The notes below the pieces were generated by a model. That model was not told the DNA's origin, made no database searches, and was given only the letters and a program-made list of their open reading frames with translations. DNA of 64,000 nucleotides from Yuukianura sp. NJ FZ-2021 (Eukaryota), in assembly GCA_046563655.1 (NCBI GenBank), contig CM102285.1, forward strand, positions 5,084,001-5,148,000, read 5' to 3'. A program made the translations under genes and the position numbers. Position 1 is the first letter of the stretch, and every line of letters begins with the position of its first letter. Below, in pieces: positions 11,260 to 24,769 of the stretch.

Positions 11260-14200
11260 TTACTCTACAGTGTCGTTGGACTGATTAGTTATATCCATCG
11301 TTTCCGCTCGGCCCGTATCACTCTCCGATTCGTTTCCTTCGTTTGAGTCAGAGTCTCGTAGATCTGGAGCATTGGTTACCGCAGACAGCGAACGGGATAG
11401 TACTGGCTCAATTGATTCCTTGATTTGGTTGTTGGCGCCTTTCGGATCTAAGTCAGTCGCCCAAGAGAAATGCAGAAGAGCCTGATGTGTTTCTCCTTTC
11501 TTCGAGTAAATCTGAAACAAAAATTCATAAACCTCCAGATTAATACTTTCAAATATTTCGTTTCTAGACTTTTACTAATGCTTTCCAGTAAGTAAGGGAT
11601 TGGAGTAAACCAAAGTTGTAAGCATGCAATGCAACGACCGCCGCCATTTCGTATGCACTCATTCGTTACAAGGAAATTAGGTTAAGCGTTAGATTTTTTA
11701 AAAAACGTTTGTACCCAAGTGATTATGCATAAGTAAGCAAGTAATAGTGCGGCTTTGGTTTGCCTAACGTAGTAAAGACGAAATTTCGAATGACGAATTG
11801 CTTTTACCTTGGCAATAAGGAAGTAGACTAACGACTCCTTTGGAACAATGTACTTTAGTTCCTCGAGCTCTTTCAAAGCTTCATCCAGACGACCAAGGGC
11901 AAATAGAACAGAAGCTCGATGAAACTTGCAGAGAGGATCCGACGGATTTTCCGCGAGACCTCGACCAAACGAAGCCAACGATTTCTCAGGCTTATTTAGA
12001 GCATGTTGAACCTGTAAAATGATTGAATCAGTAATTTGACTGGAATAAGTTGGCTTAAAGACGTTTCTTTTATCGAACTTACAACACCGAGGTGACACAA
12101 AAGGATGGAATTGTTTGGATGAATGGTAAGAGCACGGTTGTAGTAATTTTCAGCCCGTTGATATCTCTCCTGTTTGTAGTATATCATACCCAAACCGTAC
12201 CAAGCGTTGTAGTGCCTTGGATTAATTCGAATAGCAGTTCTGAAGCACTTAAGGGCTCGATCCAATTCTTCAATTGCTACGTATTCGTGGCCCAAGAGGG
12301 TATAGCCATAAGCACAATTGCTGTCCACCTTTAGTTCAACAGACACAGTATTATTGATAAGAGTAATGTCATTTCTGTAACATACGCTACTAGTAAAAAT
12401 GGTTAGGTGTTACTATACTACCGAAGTGTCTCTTGTATGTTATTTCACTACTTATAAAATTAGCCAAACGAGTTCTCATTTTACCTGAATCGCTCTTTCG
12501 AAGAACTTAATAGCCGTTTCATGTTCCTTATTGAGACTGAAGCAATTGCCAGCAGCAATCCAAGTTGCAGGTTGCTGCCTTTCCGCCGTTATCAGATCGT
12601 GCGCAAGAGCAGACAACTCAATTTCCTGCTGCAAATGCCAGAGTGCAGTGCTGAACCATTCTAAGCCCTCAACGCGGTACGGCTCGGCTCGTCGCATAGT
12701 CTTATAAGTCCTTCAAAAAAAAAAAAAAAGAATGGTGTAATGTTAGTCCAGACACTCTCACGAAAATCGAAACAAGTAAATACGGGGGAAACTGATCCAC
12801 ATCGAGACAGATACAGATGCATGACTCACTTTACGGCTTCTTCATAATTTCCCAATTCAAACAACGCCTTTGCTTTAGCTCCAAGAACCCACCCCGTGTT
12901 ACAGTGATGCGGGCTTAGACTACCGAAGATGAGAATCGCTTGCTTGCACTCGTGTCGGCATAAGTGGAGGTAAGCTTTTCCCATTTGACGAAACAGGAAC
13001 ATGAGGCCTTCTAAACGTTACAAATATCAACAACGTCAGATTTTCTTGCCCAACAAATCCAATGTTTTAATTTCACATAGAGTAACTAATTCAAAGACTT
13101 ACCTGCTGATTGTTTTTGTAGTGAGAGCGCCGTCTGAGCTAATTGCGGCGAATTTACTCCAGCCATTCCACCGATGATATTTGCAACGCCAGAGAAACTA
13201 ACCACCTTGTCACAAGGGGGAGTTACAAACCGATAGTCTCCAACATCGTCTTCAATAGGAGCAGAAACAGGAGTGTCCGTAACATCAGGAAGGTCTGAAT
13301 TCTTTTGATTTTCTTGGTATGCCGAATTGTTGTTTGAAGTGACACTTGAAGCCTTGGATCCTCGAAGCTTGTTCTTCCTATTTGGAGATTTCGAAGGCGT
13401 ACCACGGCTGCGTGCAGGAGTTTTACTATTTTCCTATGAAAATTATACAATTATTCCATTAGAGATCATCGTCGAAAATTCTTTTCAAACTAGAACTATA
13501 GAATATCGCTTAGCATTCCGATTCCCAAAAATATGTGACCAATTAAAATTGCGATGAAAAGTGTTGTGGTATTTAATTTTACCACCAGGACAATTTGTAC
13601 GTTGATTGAGTTTTTGAAAATTGTTATTTTACTGTTGTTCAGTTCTTTCGTTATGAAGCGCTTTTTTCCATTTCTAGAATAACACACCAAGGTTGCGGGA
13701 CAAAGAAAGGTGTTCACCAAAGACGGTGTCAGAAAGAAAATGCGGTATTAAAACATATGACCGACGTTAAGAGTTAACTTTCCGTTGTACTTTCCATGAC
13801 GAAGTACTATAATGTGAATAAGTAAGACGCTCCAATCCTCCCCTCACGGAGGATTGGAGCGTCTACTTCAATAAGAATAAGAACTCGTAAAACGAGCCCC
13901 ACTTTTCCAAAAGATTATTTTGCGAGTATTCTACCTATAAAACAATCACTATTCTAGTATTAAACATTAACATTGTTGATTACTTACCTTCACCGAAACA
14001 TTTGAGTTGGAAAACAGTCTTGAACTTCGTCTAACATTTGCAGTCTGTGGGTTCAATGGTTGCTGCGGAGGCGGTGTTTGTACAGGTGAGGGAGTGTGTA
14101 CAGTCAAGATTGAGCTGGCCTGTTGCTGCTGCTGCCACGAGGGTGGCACACGTAAACATGGCTGTTGTTTAGTTTATAAACATCTGATTTATTTACAATA

Positions 14201-17200
14201 ATTCATCCTACCCAAATTAATTTATGAAAAAGAAAAAAACCGAAATGAGAAGGTGAGCAGTAAAAGTAATTCTTGAAACATTAAAGTGACGCTTGGTCAA
14301 ATAGTTGCAAGCTGCGCGCAACAAATTGATAAAAGCAGACATCAAACAATGAAACCAAAAGCAAAATACGAACAAGATGGGGTAAATCCAGGCTTTATCC
14401 ACTGTAACAACCAATGCAAGAATACTGGAAACATCAAAATGATCATAGTAGCTCGGCTACGGCTACGAATTGTTCCTACTCGAGTTACTACGAATTGTTG
14501 TTAGTGATTGCAAATTAACGCCTGTATTCCATTTTTGCAAAAGTTGTGGTGGTGATTACACTATGGTTACAACAGATAAAGCTTTGGTTTAACTTGTTTC
14601 TGGAATAGGATGGTACCAATTATTAAAGGCTACTGCGCATCAATACAAAGCATAAGACTACACGCAATGGATGGTTACGTTATGTCACCTAACTTAGGTG
14701 GTAATTCAAGGAATTGGACAAGGCGCAAAGCGTCGCAATTTCAAACTGAAGGAGCGATAGGGACATGGACGGAGGGAATATTTGGGTAAGGAATTAACGC
14801 AGGGAGACGATTGATTACAACGGTTGTGTTATTGGTTCTATCGTAAAGTGTATGCAAAAGTTTACAGTTTACAAGTGTTAAGCGAAAAGATCCAAGAGTA
14901 TTAAACCAAAGCGACGGATTAGAGGGCAACTGAATAGTGTAAGGCGGGCAGAACCAGGTTTTACTAAGGAGTAGAAACAAGAGTGACTTATTACCTTTTT
15001 GGCGCGCGGTTCCGAAGTTTCGAGTGGCGCCGGCGAAATAATCATAAAAGGAGAGGAAATGGTATGATTCCCAAGTGATTCATTCGAGCTTTCTAAAAGT
15101 GGTAAACATCCAAACCTAGGAATTGAGACGTAAGTTGACAATTACCAAAAATCAAAACACAAGAGCACAATAGAGTGTTATTTGACTCACGTTGTATTAG
15201 TGCCCATTGGAGTACTTGTAAACAGCGTTCTTGTAGATTTTACAGCTCTGTTTTTGTTTAATTGATGAGGCATGTTAACACCTTCCGGCATTTGAACAGA
15301 AAGTGGCTTCAAGGTTGTCCGGGCCTGAACGGGAGTGCTGAATAAATCATCACATGCAATGAAAAACCCAAATACATCAATCACACACAAGCCATCACCT
15401 GAATTATGATTTTGTATTGTTGTACCTGACAAATTTCGGCTGAGTATCAACCGAATTGAGATTACAGACGCCTACTACAGCAGGTTCTTGCGTTTGATTC
15501 CCAACCAACGACACAAGAGTTTGGGTTCCATGACACATAGAAAAGTTTTCAAGATGAGTAGTCTACACACCAGTACAAAACAATTTTACAGTCTTACTTA
15601 CAGTTTATAATCTTACTCAGTTACTGATAATCAGTAGGGATGGGGCGATTCGGGTTTTTGAGCGAACCAGGGTTACGAATCACTCGGGCGGTGCATCGCC
15701 TTAAGAACCGCCGGTGCACCGCTTTTTTTTCTTTTGCCGAATTCCAGACTGGCGTTTCCTTATCTTTCAGTCCCGGCAAGTTCCATTTTCAGTGAGACAA
15801 TTTTTTTCAGTCCCGGGGATAATTTACGAAGAGAATCGTAACCGGTTGCGTCCGGAGGATGGAGAAATCCTCATGTTTCTTAACAATAACTTGCCCAAAT
15901 TAGGCTTTAAGGCTTTAATTATTATTAGTTTTGTTTTGATTTGTGCAATTTTCTCGTTCAAAAGAGCTATTAAAACATGGATGCGAAATTTTTAGCAAAA
16001 ATTACGAAAAGTCGAAATTTTTCGCCGGAATTCTTATATATTCGGAATTTTTTGCACCGCTTTCAGAACCGCCGATCCGAGCGGTTTTTTACTTGTGAGA
16101 ACCGGCGGTTCCGGTGCACCGCCTGATAAGGAACTCTTCCCGAATCGACAGCGATTGACCGCCGAAGCGGTGCAACGCCCCATCCCTAATAATCAGTGAA
16201 ACTGAAAAACGAGTAAAATCAAAACACTAACTTGAAATACTGCATCCGGATTAATGTTTTCTCCACTCTGACATAGAGTATCAAACGAGTCCCAAAGAAA
16301 TGGATTCAGTTTCAGACTGCGCAGATATGCCTCATGAGCTTCTTTCGTTCGAGCAGCTTGCATATTTATCTTTCCGAGGAGTTGGCAGGCGAACGGTGCA
16401 CTATCTCCAAACCTGGCAGTTATCAAGTCACCAGAGTCCGCTTTCTGAGGCTTCTCTTGATCGCCTTTGATCAATCGTTCTGCTTCCGGCAATCTGAAAA
16501 CAAAAGGTGTGAAGTATTACGACTCTAACATACGATACAAATCCAACGTGGTTCCCAAATACGTCCAATAATAACAAATAACGGATCGTTTTGTGAGGCT
16601 CAAAGATTTAGTATTGAGTGGAAGAAATTGTACTAACTACGTTAAGCAACATAACAAAATGTTACCTTGTATGTACACATTGTAAACACTACATAGAGAC
16701 GTATGGGCACAGTCTTTGTACATTCAATTACTTTATCCTTAGAATAATTTTTAATATTTATTCACCTGTTCATATCCACACAACACAATGAAAGTAAGTA
16801 TCTGCATCGTGTGTTCAATTCGTTAGAGCTTGATTTGGCCTGCAGGATCGAGTAACACTGATTCCGTTTGTTCGCACGATAATAACATGTGGCAAGGAGG
16901 AACAAGCTGTCTTCAGATTTCACTGGAAAAACAAACCGTAAACCATTACTTTATTAATCATTAATACTCCTTTAGCATTACGTAAGCCAAACCCGATATT
17001 GTTAAGTGTTTATTACCTTCGGCGTTCAGTCGCTCCGCAAGAAATATGGCGTCCCTGTATGCATAGTGATTGAGACAGTGCCAAATAGCAGCCTGGAAAA
17101 GAAATATAAATATGCAGTCTAATGGCGATCATAGCAAAAGCAATTCGGCGACCGTCCCTCGTGATTGCTTCCAACTCAGAAGAATTAGACAATTGAAGAA

Positions 17201-17502
17201 CGTTTAAAAAAAAGTTATGTTATTTTTGTTAGGGATTCTTTCAATAAAGGTCGGAGGAAAACATGAAAGTAGGATACGTTCATTAAAAATAGGACACTCG
17301 CATTTTCTTAAAAAGGTTTTCGACAACTTTAGAATAGTACGAGCATCAGTTCACCCTCAGAAAGTAATAGTAATTTATGACACAAAACACAAAACTTATA
17401 AATCTAAATCCAAGGGCATTGAGTCTGGATTGGGTTTTTGGTCACCTGCTTATCAAACAAATCCAACCATGAATTTACCTGAACAGGTTCCTGCACAAGC
17501 AT
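11260..17502 (-). CDS. CDC27: Cell division cycle 27 / APC3, TPR subunit of the anaphase-promoting complex, multi-exon
   Basis: MLVQEPVQ|AAIWHCLNHYAYRDAIFLAERL at the N-terminus, then NVRRSSRLF, EPYRVEGLE.FSTALWHL, GNCFSL..EHETAIKFF, YTLLGHEY, RHYNAWYGLG and HFSWATDLDPKGANNQIKE. GT-AG introns throughout. Confidence 0.97.
15635..16188 (+). mobile_element. hAT-family non-autonomous element with a remnant of the transposase dimerization domain, in a CDC27 intron
   Basis: TIR TAGGGATGGGGCG, 8-bp TSD ATAATCAG. Internal FSVPGIIYEENRNRLRPEDGEILMFLNNNL matches the hAT C-terminal motif. Confidence 0.9.
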
Positions 17503-19386
17503 TGCGGAAGCAGTCACTTCTGAACTCTATGGAGCGAACACAGCCTACTGGACGTTTCAGATCTGAATACACGTTAATCACTTCTGACGGTAGTTCCCGA
17601 CCGATACCGAACGAAAACGGCAGTCGCTTCGCTGAAGAAGTCCTAAACGTTAAGTTCTGAACAAAAAGGGTCCCTGGTTATCGTATTGACTAAAGTAATA
17701 GTACGAACAAGTCGTTTGTTGTTTTGAACTTATTATAGTACTTCAAACCCGTTAATTAGTTGTACACTTTTAGATCCAAAATGAAAAACTGAGTTTCACC
17801 CAAAATCCAACCCAGATACAATACAACACACCAAATAACTATAGATTAGTATATATGATAGTAGAGATGTGTTTGCGCGAGGAGGATCTCGTCTATTCCA
17901 ATGAATAAACAGAAACAAAGAACAACCGTTTCAAACTCGCTAACAGTGCGATATGAATATGATTGTGCTATCGATTTTCTCGCAGATAATACGCGAATAA
18001 CCCTAAACTCTACTTGAATGGTTTTAAACTAATTTGAATTAATCAAATCGAGCATCTTGGCATGGTTGTGGTTATTGGTAATACAAATCGGCACGTATTT
18101 TCATACATATTTAAATAACGTTTTAGGAAAATTGTACTTATAAACTTTTTTGCAGCGGCATATTGAGCGAATTTATGCGAATACCTTTGCGTGGCGTCGA
18201 AAACAAAATTCTAAACGCTGCGAGTTGGATAAAATTTGTTTGAACCGGAGACATTGATATTGGATCATCAGAATTCCGGAACGACGAAATCGTCCATGCA
18301 CCATATAATTTGTTTAGAAATTCTGTTCTGAATTTGTTTTGAGTGACTTTTTCTCAAATTCCTTGTCAAAAATAAACTTTAATTTGTAGAAATTGAATTC
18401 TCTACTTATTTAGGAAGCCTAAGTCAAGAAAGTAAATTTTAACTTTAAACTGATCTATTCCTATAACTATTCCTATTCCTGTTTCTATTTCGCGATATTC
18501 AGGATGTTTGAGAAATTTCGGGATGAGTCTTATGCGCGAGAGCGTCTCATAGGCGAAAAAATAAAACTAGTGCGGATCCGGTTTCAGCACCTTCAAACCT
18601 TTTCTTTTTGCTGATTTTGCTTTTTTTTTTGCTGTTTTTGCTTGAATTGTTAAAAATGCATATACGTCTCTGTAGAACCAGAAAATTTCAGAAGGAATTT
18701 TTAATTAAGCCAAGAACTAGCACATTGATGCATGTTAGGGCTTGGATAATTATTTAATTACTTAATTTATACTGATTTAAACTTAGTTTTACTTACAAAA
18801 AGTGTTTTACTGTTAAATTAATTATTATTTAAAAAAAAAAACAAAAAATTAAAAACAGCAGAAAGCTTGAAAACCCGTGTAGAAAAAAGAAGCAAGCAAT
18901 TAAAGCAACTGCTTTAAAGCACCTCGTAACACTGGGCGGGGGATAACCAATTGGGAAAAGTGAAGTAGGGAGTTTGTTGTTTCTGCCTTTTGGTGAACCG
19001 TAGGCTTGATGATTGGCTAATTCTCGGAATCAGCGGGGCATTATACAGAACATCATATACCGTGTAACAGTTTGCTAACGGAAATAACTATGGTCTGACT
19101 ATTCCCCTGACACGCGTTTTTTCTCATTGAAGTAAAGGAGAAATACACTATACGCGTCCGGCGTGAATATGGAGTGCGGTATTGCTCAAAAATCTGTGTT
19201 AGGTTCGGCATGCATCACAATTCTGAGGATTAGTCACTGTTTCCATACTGTGTTTATCCGACGGTCCAAATTCATTTTCCAGTTGTCGCATTCAGTTTGT
19301 GGACTGCTCTGATTCTCCTGAATTGACCTTCCGGTATCGTTAAACAGAGTATACGAACTGACGACACCAACACAATCAAACACGAA

Positions 19387-22362
19387 ATGGCAGGATCTGG
19401 ACTTCGGCGTCTCCTGACGGAACACAAGCGTAAGTACTACATAATCCCTAAGCATAGCTTTGTTTTTAAGAATCGTTTTGGTGTTAAGATATTTTTTATT
19501 TCTAGGATGGTTTAATATACATTCTGTGGTGGGACCAGTGCCCGAGGATGTGGTCTCTATTCGAAAAGATCTATACCGACCACTTCTTCGTGACATAGTA
19601 ACTCCTGGTACGGCAGGTGTCCAGCAGCCTGCATTAAATAATCAATCCGTGAAAGCCAAGCGTAGTGCTCTATTTACACAAGAGCGTGAAAGGCAATTAA
19701 AAAATATTGGCCGCTTATCAAAAATTACTGTTGAATATACTGGGATTCCAAGACCACAAACATTTCTGATGAACAAGTTTATATCTACGCCATTCGACTG
19801 TGCTCGCCGTAAGCATTAATTATTATTAATGATTTTTTAGTGCTTCAGTTGATTTAATTTAAAATTTGGCGTCCTTAAGTAGTATATGAATAACTTTGCC
19901 GTCATACATTTACAAGGAAGACATTCTAATGAGTGCCTTCAAATGCTTAGATATAAGCGATAACATAGCTCATGAAGCCGTTCTCGCCGACGTTGATGGA
20001 GAGCTATGGGATATGCACAGGCCTCTTGAAAATGATTGCAAAATCAAGCTCCTAAGTATGAAAAGCAGTGACGATGCGGATGCACTGTTTCACGTGAGTC
20101 CCATAGTACTAGCGTACTATTACGCTATTGTGACTTTCTGTGATGCTAGAGAAAGTTGGAGAATGCTCCACCGATTTCTGAGCTGATGAGCGTAATGCGT
20201 GATTCCGATATTTTGTGTTGCAGGTTAACAGGATATTCTGGAAAGGTTGTACTATGATGCTGGGCGCCGTTTTGGAAAATGTTTTTCGAGATGACATCTA
20301 TGTTCAGTTGCACAGCTATCCTTCTCCAAATGGTACGTGTATAATACTACTTACGACGCAGTATAACTATCGACCGTTGATCTGCGCGTTTTCAGGGAAG
20401 GTACTAGTACTACTTAAATACTATTTAGGTAATACTTTTGGTTGGGGATGTTCTATGATGTAGGGATGCCCCGATACATCGGTTGGCCGATACATATAGG
20501 CCTATTCTTGGCCTGTTTTTTAGAATAGGTGGATCGGCCGAAAAAATTTTTGGCCAGTTAAACTGGCCTGTTTTTACCTTTTCTTTTTACTCAGAAATTT
20601 ATCAGAAATTTCACGAATTTCATCGAAAAATACTGAACTAACAAATTTTAAACAAGATTTAGCTAACATAGGATGCTGTTTTCGGTATTTAATGTTAATA
20701 ATTAGTCGGTTAGATTGTCGTTGTTGGGGCCATCAAACTTTTTTCTGTTTTTTGGTAAAAAATTTCGCAAAAATTTTTTTCTCGTTCTTTTCACTTTTTA
20801 TCACGTTTCAAACGTTTTTGGAACGTTTCGAGCAAAAATAAATTTTTGACCCCAAGGGTCCCCCCTTCCCATTTTTTTGAGAATCGGACTCGAAAATCTG
20901 TCCAGAAACTGAAGTGGGCACCCCTGACAATCTCAAAAATGACCCTTATGAAAGTTGTTCAGAATCATGAGGGGAGTATTTTTTGTCCTATGGACTATGA
21001 CGCTACGACCACTCCCTGAGGTCAGAGGTCAACCCAAAGAAAAATTGGGGAAATGTTCGGATTGACCTATAAGAAAATTTTCGAGTCCCGATTCTCAAAA
21101 AAATGGAAAGAGGGGACCCTAGGGGTCAAAAATTTTTTTTGCTTGAATCATTGCAAAAACGTTTGAAACGTGATAAAAAGTGAAAAAAACGAAAAAATTT
21201 TTTTTTCGAAATTTTTGACAAAAAACAAAAAAGTTTCATGGCCCCAACAACGACAATCTAACCAATTAGTCAAAAGAAAGAAGTTAAAACTGTATAAAAG
21301 GTTAACTAATTTAAATTACACAAGTGAGCCTTTGTTCCCCTATTTAAAAAAGACCTGACAGAACAACGCGGAGTCATCCGTGGGTATTACTGTGTAGGGA
21401 AAAAAGCCGGCCGATGTATAGGTTTGCCTGTTCTTGGATTTGGAAAAAAACAGGTGTATCGGGTATCGGCCAAACCAAGAATCGGGGCATCCCTACTATG
21501 ATGCACGCAACATAAAGGAAAAAGTCAGAGTTTGATTCTCCAATACTAATGTTATCTTCCCGCGCCGAAAGTGCAGTGTTATTAAATGGACAATAGGGAC
21601 TGTTACTTGCAATATCAGAAAAGTAAAAGTTGCAGACAGAGACTAAATTTTTCTGGAATTTTATAGTTCGGACTGGGAGTTTCCTTTATGACGTGGATAT
21701 CGTTGGGCTGCATGACTGGAAACCGAATTCTGTAAGGGTGTTTTTATGTTATTGCCTGAGTGCCTTGCTAAACGGAGTTAAGGTTAATAACTGTGTTCGT
21801 TCTAGGATGAAATGCGAGTGTTTAGCGCCGAAATGATTAAGCTTATCCATGCAAAATTGCCATTCGAACGCCTTGAAGTCAAAACTGAACTGGCCTTGGA
21901 GATGTTCGAGGATAACAAGTACAAGACGGAACAAATCCCTGGAATTTCCAAATCATCCCCAGCACAGGATACCGTCGTATTATATCGAATAGGAGACTTC
22001 GTCGATATCAGTCGTGGTCCCATGATATCAAATACAGCGTGTTTGGGAAAGTGTACAATCAACGGTTTTTTTGCACTTGAAGAGGCAAAATGTGTTTCAC
22101 CGTCACTATACAGAGTGCAAGGGGTCGCCATACCAAGTGGATTTCATGTAAGTCTGTTTATGGTTTGCTCGTTCTCCCTGTTGAATACTTTCCAAGTCCA
22201 ACTGCAGCTTTACGTTTTATACAGTTAAACCACTTTGCCTACGGGTTAATTGAAAACCGAGGGAAAAAGATTAATCCGGGTCGATTTCTCGGACTTCGAG
22301 TATTGGAGTCAAGTTCAAATGATCCAGCCTTGGAGCGACTGGAGGAATCTCAAGTGAATTGA
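19387..22362 (+). CDS. MRPL39: Mitochondrial ribosomal protein L39 (TGS and ThrRS-like domains), multi-exon
   Basis: LFTQERERQ, MNKFISTPFDCAR, LADVDGELWDMHRPLENDC, VNRIFWKGC..MLGAVLE, GSFLYDV, LPFERLEV...LALEMFEDNKYK, GDFVDISRGPMI and RVQGVAIP. Confidence 0.93.
20461..21495. mobile_element. hAT-type MITE in an MRPL39 intron
   Basis: TIR TAGGGATGCCCCGAT with 8-bp TSD CTATGATG at 20453-20460 and 21496-21503. Confidence 0.9.
20708..21263. mobile_element. Long-TIR foldback element nested in the hAT MITE (GG termini, Merlin-like by inference)
   Basis: About 190-bp inverted arms starting GGTTAGATTGTCGTTGTTGGGGCCAT, with 8-bp TSD AATTAGTC. Confidence 0.85.
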
Positions 22363-22669
22363 TTTAAACTGGACTTTTATATGACACACTGCTTTTGTTA
22401 CAGTAAGAATCATAAGTCGTACTGCGTGTTTGAATGTAATTAATTACACTCCGAACACTAACGAAGTAAGGTTTGCTAACCCGTGACGTGTCTCTTTGTA
22501 AGACATTTATTGTGCATGCTAGAGAGGAGATAATAGTTCATTGAAACTAAGACAATTCAATATAATTGTTACTGTTGCAGCTGTACAACAATTTATGAAA
22601 CAAAATTACAAATATGCAATAGCTTTGTGTCCAACTAAGAGGCCGGAAATCTCGTGGGTTAACACCATG

Positions 22670-22960
22670 ACTAAACCGGAATTCCTCCGTTCCGTGTCCG
22701 TATTTAAAAAGCTGGAATTACTCCGCTTCTTAAGCGCTGTTTTCAGCTAAAAGGCCGGGGAATTATGCGCTATGCGCACCGACCGTTCCTGTGGACTAAA
22801 AGCCCTAAAATTACGGTTCTTTCGGGTTAAAAACTGAAAATTATGCGCTCCGACCGCTGCTCCGGTCTAAACGGCCAGAATTTGTACGCTCTTTGTGTAA
22901 AATCTCTGCTTCGCCCGCTCCTTTGGCCTAAAACGCCGGAAACTCCGCTCCGCTTTTGGA
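22670..22960. repeat. Degenerate tandem repeats of about 40 bp
   Basis: Recurring CTAAAA..CCGGAA..T.CGCTCC-like units. Confidence 0.55.
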
Positions 22961-23351
22961 AGACAAACAACAAATCCTCTCCTCCCCGGCTGAAATGATA
23001 GTTTATGTCTTCATAAGAATAAGTAGTAAAGTTTTATATTTACAGCTTTTGTTCCTATTTTTTTTAGAAAAACTTAAGTATGCATAACATCAGAGGTTTC
23101 TATAAGATTCTGCAATGGTTTAAGAGTTTGTTAGCACAGTGATATGTAATTCAAACTTAAAACGAAATATGTTTCCCAAGTGTTCATTTTAACATTGCGC
23201 AAATGAAATAGGTGTCCAGCATTCCTGTGTGATAACATCCGCGACAGACTACATAGAGTTTGAGCAACATGAGTGCTCTTTATTCCACCTCCATCGTATC
23301 CACAGTCGGAATTGCAGCATTCCGAGTAGTCAATGATCACATTTAGATTTA

Positions 23352-24325
23352 TAGTCGCGGCAACCAATTTAGCTCCAGTTTAGCACCGATGTAGCGTCGG
23401 CTAACTTAGAACAATAAACCGGTTGTAAACCGCACATAAAAAAGTAGGTTTAGCATTTAGGTGATTTTTTTTAGCAAACTGGGCTAATCTGCTCAACCCC
23501 CCAGGTGGAGTGGGGCGGTGTTCCCCCCACCTTCTCACCCCCCAGTGGAAATGGGGGTGAGGTCAAACAAAGATGTGAAGAGGTGGGATCTGAATGAAGC
23601 ACCAACGGAAGGAATGGACACTGGACAGTGCATGAGTGAGTGTGTGGGTCAACGGCTGCGTAGTTGATTTTTTGCTAAGCGGAGAACCAACTCCCATGCC
23701 TTTTACCTTTCCAGTCCCACAAGCAGAGTTTTTTCTACCCAGACTTCCTCCATCTGCAATTCCTAACCTAACCTAACCTAACTAATTCACTTGTCCTTTG
23801 AAATTGATTTTGACCCGGAAAGAGGTCACAGACCGGAATGATATTGAAAACTTGATCTCACCCGGGTCATTAGCTGTTAAATGGTGTAAACCGGAACGAG
23901 ATCGATCCAGTAGTTTCCGAGATAATTGTGCGGATGGTTTCACCATTTTACTATGGTTTTCCCTATGTCATGACGGAAAACGCGATGACGGAACGGCCTA
24001 TCTTATGGACATGACAGAGAACGTGATCACGGACAGGCCTATCTTATGGACATGACAGAGAACGTGATCACGGACCGGCCTATATTATGGACATGACAGA
24101 GAACGTGATGACCAATGGAGTTCCCTATGCCATGACGGAAAACGCGATGACGGACCGGCTTTTCTTATGGGGATATGACGGAAAACGTGATGACGGACAA
24201 AAATACTTTTATAAAATAGCTAAAGCTACTTAATAAAGAATAGCTATCTGTGTTAACGGGTTTGCAGTGAGAAATGTATTTCTCTCAAAAAAGAAAAACC
24301 GGAGCTAAATTGGTTGCCGCAACTA
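23352..24325. mobile_element. Non-autonomous TIR element containing (CCTAA)4 and a roughly 39-bp tandem array
   Basis: About 30-bp TIR TAGT(C/T)GCGGCAACCAATTTAGCTCC flanked by TA. CCTAA repeats near 23762. TATGGACATGACAGAGAACGTGATCACGGAC repeats at about 23965-24200. Confidence 0.8.
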
Positions 24326-24769
24326 TAGGTACTGATATTCCGAGCAATTTACAATTGCTTCATCTTGAAGTGGAATTGTTTGATCTTGAATTGTTGCTTT
24401 AAGTTTTTTACCTCCTTCATGCGAGAGTAGATGTACAATAAAAAAGGCCTCATTTTTGTTTCAAAACCTCTCACCACCCAAAGTTGTTCGTAATAATAAC
24501 AAAAAAGTTGTGCCAAATTTTCAGATTTTTATATCAAGCCTAAGTGGACGACCAACCACCCAATGCCTTTGCCAGGGATTTTTCTTTATTACATGTTTTA
24601 AAGAATTTGAAATAAATAAAATTTGGATGTGTTCGATTGAATTATGAAAAGATACTGAGTAATGAATAGAAAACACAATCCACAATGAATTAAAAAATAT
24701 TATACCAGGCAACCATGCTTCTGCTACAAATTTTTTTAACGCTGGGAATGACTTTTGTTTGTATTGGTT

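Noticed and set aside
17217..17660. 147-aa plus-strand ORF
   Set aside because: Antisense to CDC27 exon 1 and intron 1; no recognisable domain.
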